NCBI GenBank assembly: GCA_017499595.2
Contig: CM038999.1
Span: 2,294,001 to 2,358,000 of the forward strand
Length of the DNA stretch: 64,000 bases
From: Psilocybe cubensis
Taxonomy: Eukaryota
Reading direction: 5' to 3'
Below the pieces are notes generated by a model that saw nothing but the letters and a program-made list of their open reading frames with translations, made no database searches and was not told the DNA's origin. The position numbers were made by a program, and so were the translations under genes. Positions 61,841-64,000 of the stretch are shown here, one piece after another; position 1 is the stretch's first letter, and every line of letters starts with the position of its first letter.

Positions 61841-64000
61841 ATGCAACCACCACTTGATATACCTACACGGTCGCGTCGCCCATCCTCCTACATATCTCAA
61901 CATTTTGGTGAACCTCATTTATTAGTAGGCTCACCTGAGCCTCTCGGCAGCAATCCATTCGACCACTTGCATGTGCCAAATGAGGGTTCCGATCTTGGCC
62001 TGCCTGCAACGCCCATCTCAAGTAGCCATGGCTTCGTATCATCTCTGCCTCGCAAAAGATCTACCACTGCACAACCCAGCTCTTCATATACGTCCTTTAC
62101 GCGTCCCATCTCAAATGAGCGTGAGCGACACCCGGAGCAGCAATGGTCGCTATTTGGCCAACTGATGGAAAATGAGGGTTATCTCAGCCCCAAAGCCCCG
62201 TCAACCATCCGAGGGCGAAGGGATTCTGGTAGTGACTACTTTGGTCTGGAAACTACCAGCGCTGTATCTGGGCTCTCCCCTCGGTTACGTGGTATTCGTC
62301 AACATACAAACTCTGTCAAAACTGTTTCACCCATAAGAAGCTCAATCTACAACGAAGCAGGAGCCGAAGAATATGACTCTGAAGATCATTCTTCTGTCGT
62401 GTCTACTTTCCACTCCCCTGACAATTCCCAAAAACCATGGCATGGCTACTTTTCTTTGGGCCGACTGTCCCCGTCTTTGATATCCCAGAATGTTTTGAAA
62501 TGTGCAATTGCATATTTCGTTGGGTCACTGTTCACTTTTTCGCCCTTTCTTTCAAAGATAATAAGCAATATGGATTCCTCTACCCCCTCTGCGAGTGCTC
62601 ACATGGTGTCGACAATGTAGGTCTTCTGTGGTACTGTGCCATACTTCACTCATCATCTTCTCAGTGTTGTTTACTTCAACCCCGCAAAAACAGTTGGGGC
62701 AATGTTAGAAGCAGATATGTTTTGCTTGTTTGGAGTCATGTATGCGGCTTTTGCCTGTTTGGGTTCAATGTCCATGTTCTGGTGGTTGGAACTTAAGCCT
62801 GGATGGGAATCAGCTGCAGATTTTATTGCCCTTGTTTGGATCGGCGTTAGTATGGGAGCACTTGCTTGGATGAAAGTATGGATGGTGAGATTTAGGCACG
62901 ATTCATGCCATAGTTTCTTTACTTAAACTGAATCATTAGGAAAATCCGTCGTTCAATACAGGTATGTTTTACCTGTCTTAAGCCTGCTAATATTGTTATG
63001 AACTGAGTTGGGCTTAGCTTGCAGCATGACCGCAATTCTTATGTTTGTCGTGTAAGTCACGAATATTGATCTGTTCTAGTTGGTTTATTCATACAACACT
63101 TCACAGAATAATCAAGGAAGGTGGCCTGGAGACACTGCTACAAGTGTCAGGCATCATTTTATGTGGTTCTAGCATCGCAAATTTCGTTTGCTTCCTTATT
63201 TGGCCTCAGTCTGCTATCATAAATCTCCAACTCAGCATGGTCAAAACTCTGGAATCGTTTTCAACGCTTTTACCGATGCTCACAAGCATCTTCTTGTTGG
63301 AGAATGACTCTGATGAACATGCACAGGACTTGCATAAGATTCAAAAGGCAGTCGAAAATCACCAAAGCAGTTTCACGAGCCTTCGGAAAAATCTTCGGGA
63401 AGCTAAGAGCGAGTGGATCCTAACTGGCACCTTGGCAAATGGCGATGGTGTGGTTGAAGAGGATGGTTCGTACCGTAACATTTCTGGTCAACGGTCATAC
63501 GAGGATGCGGTAGATTCTCTGAACCGTCTGGCCCAACACTTAAATGGATTACGCAGTGGCACGCGCCTTCAATACGATCTTTCCAAAGCGGGTATCAAAG
63601 CCCGCACTGACAGGGCCGGAAAAAGCAAAGCTGCTGAACCCAATGCAGATGAAGACGAAGCGGCAATCTTGAGGGCTGCTGCTGATATGTTTGGCGACCT
63701 CGTCGACGAATTAGGCCCGCCTCTAAAAGCATTATCAGTGCGTTTTTTTTTCTTCTTGTTTTTTTTCTTTTGTTTTGCCGATAATTTATGTTTCGCCGCA
63801 ATGCATTCACATCAGTCAACCTCCACCAACACCCTCAATAGATTGAAGGACGTATGCTTGGAATCTCGTCAAGATAAAAAAGGACACATAGATATCATTC
63901 AACCTCATGAATTTTCTGATCTTGTGGATGGAATCGAAGCAGCTTTGATTCGGTTCGAAAGCACTTCTAATCACGCCGTTTTGAGGCTGTATCGACGAAG
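61841..64000 (+). CDS. BRE4/FUSC-like (aromatic acid exporter family) membrane protein, 5' part; runs off the window
   Basis: A disordered N-terminus is followed by LKCAIAYFVGSLFTF, HMVST..VYFNPAKTVGAMLEA, NFVCFLIWPQSA and LNRLAQHLNGLRSG. Confidence 0.78.

Overview
Eukaryotic, intron-rich fungal DNA, most consistent with an Agaricomycete (mushroom-forming basidiomycete); the species cannot be determined from the sequence. Bases 1-~19,400 are a transposon graveyard. It holds a decayed tyrosine-recombinase (YR) retrotransposon, a 5'-truncated Tad1-like LINE, a gag relic and an AT-rich block. It also holds a structurally complete Ngaro-type YR retrotransposon (split direct repeats A1...B1-A2-B2) whose RT is interrupted by a Tc1 DD34E transposon and a probable solo LTR. 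Bases ~19,500-64,000 are a compact run of about 22 spliced genes: lysophospholipase, RAD23, LRR protein, ARF6, cysteine synthase, P450, ELL-like protein, KTI12, LIM/C1 RhoGAP, BTB-like protein, RPA43, PAM16, RPS2, antizyme, Smr protein, Cys-rich membrane protein, NHA1, AFI1/MesA, Zn2Cys6 TF, a BRE4/FUSC-like gene and two hypotheticals. Highlights are the antizyme +1 frameshift cassette hidden by introns (YYYSTTFSGGPG|WRF-TGA), a strand-specific cluster of 13 YGGAC motifs downstream of the TF, same-strand gene pairs only about 50-100 bp apart, and CpG-focused decay of the repeats. Gene models were read by eye; CDS coordinates span introns.
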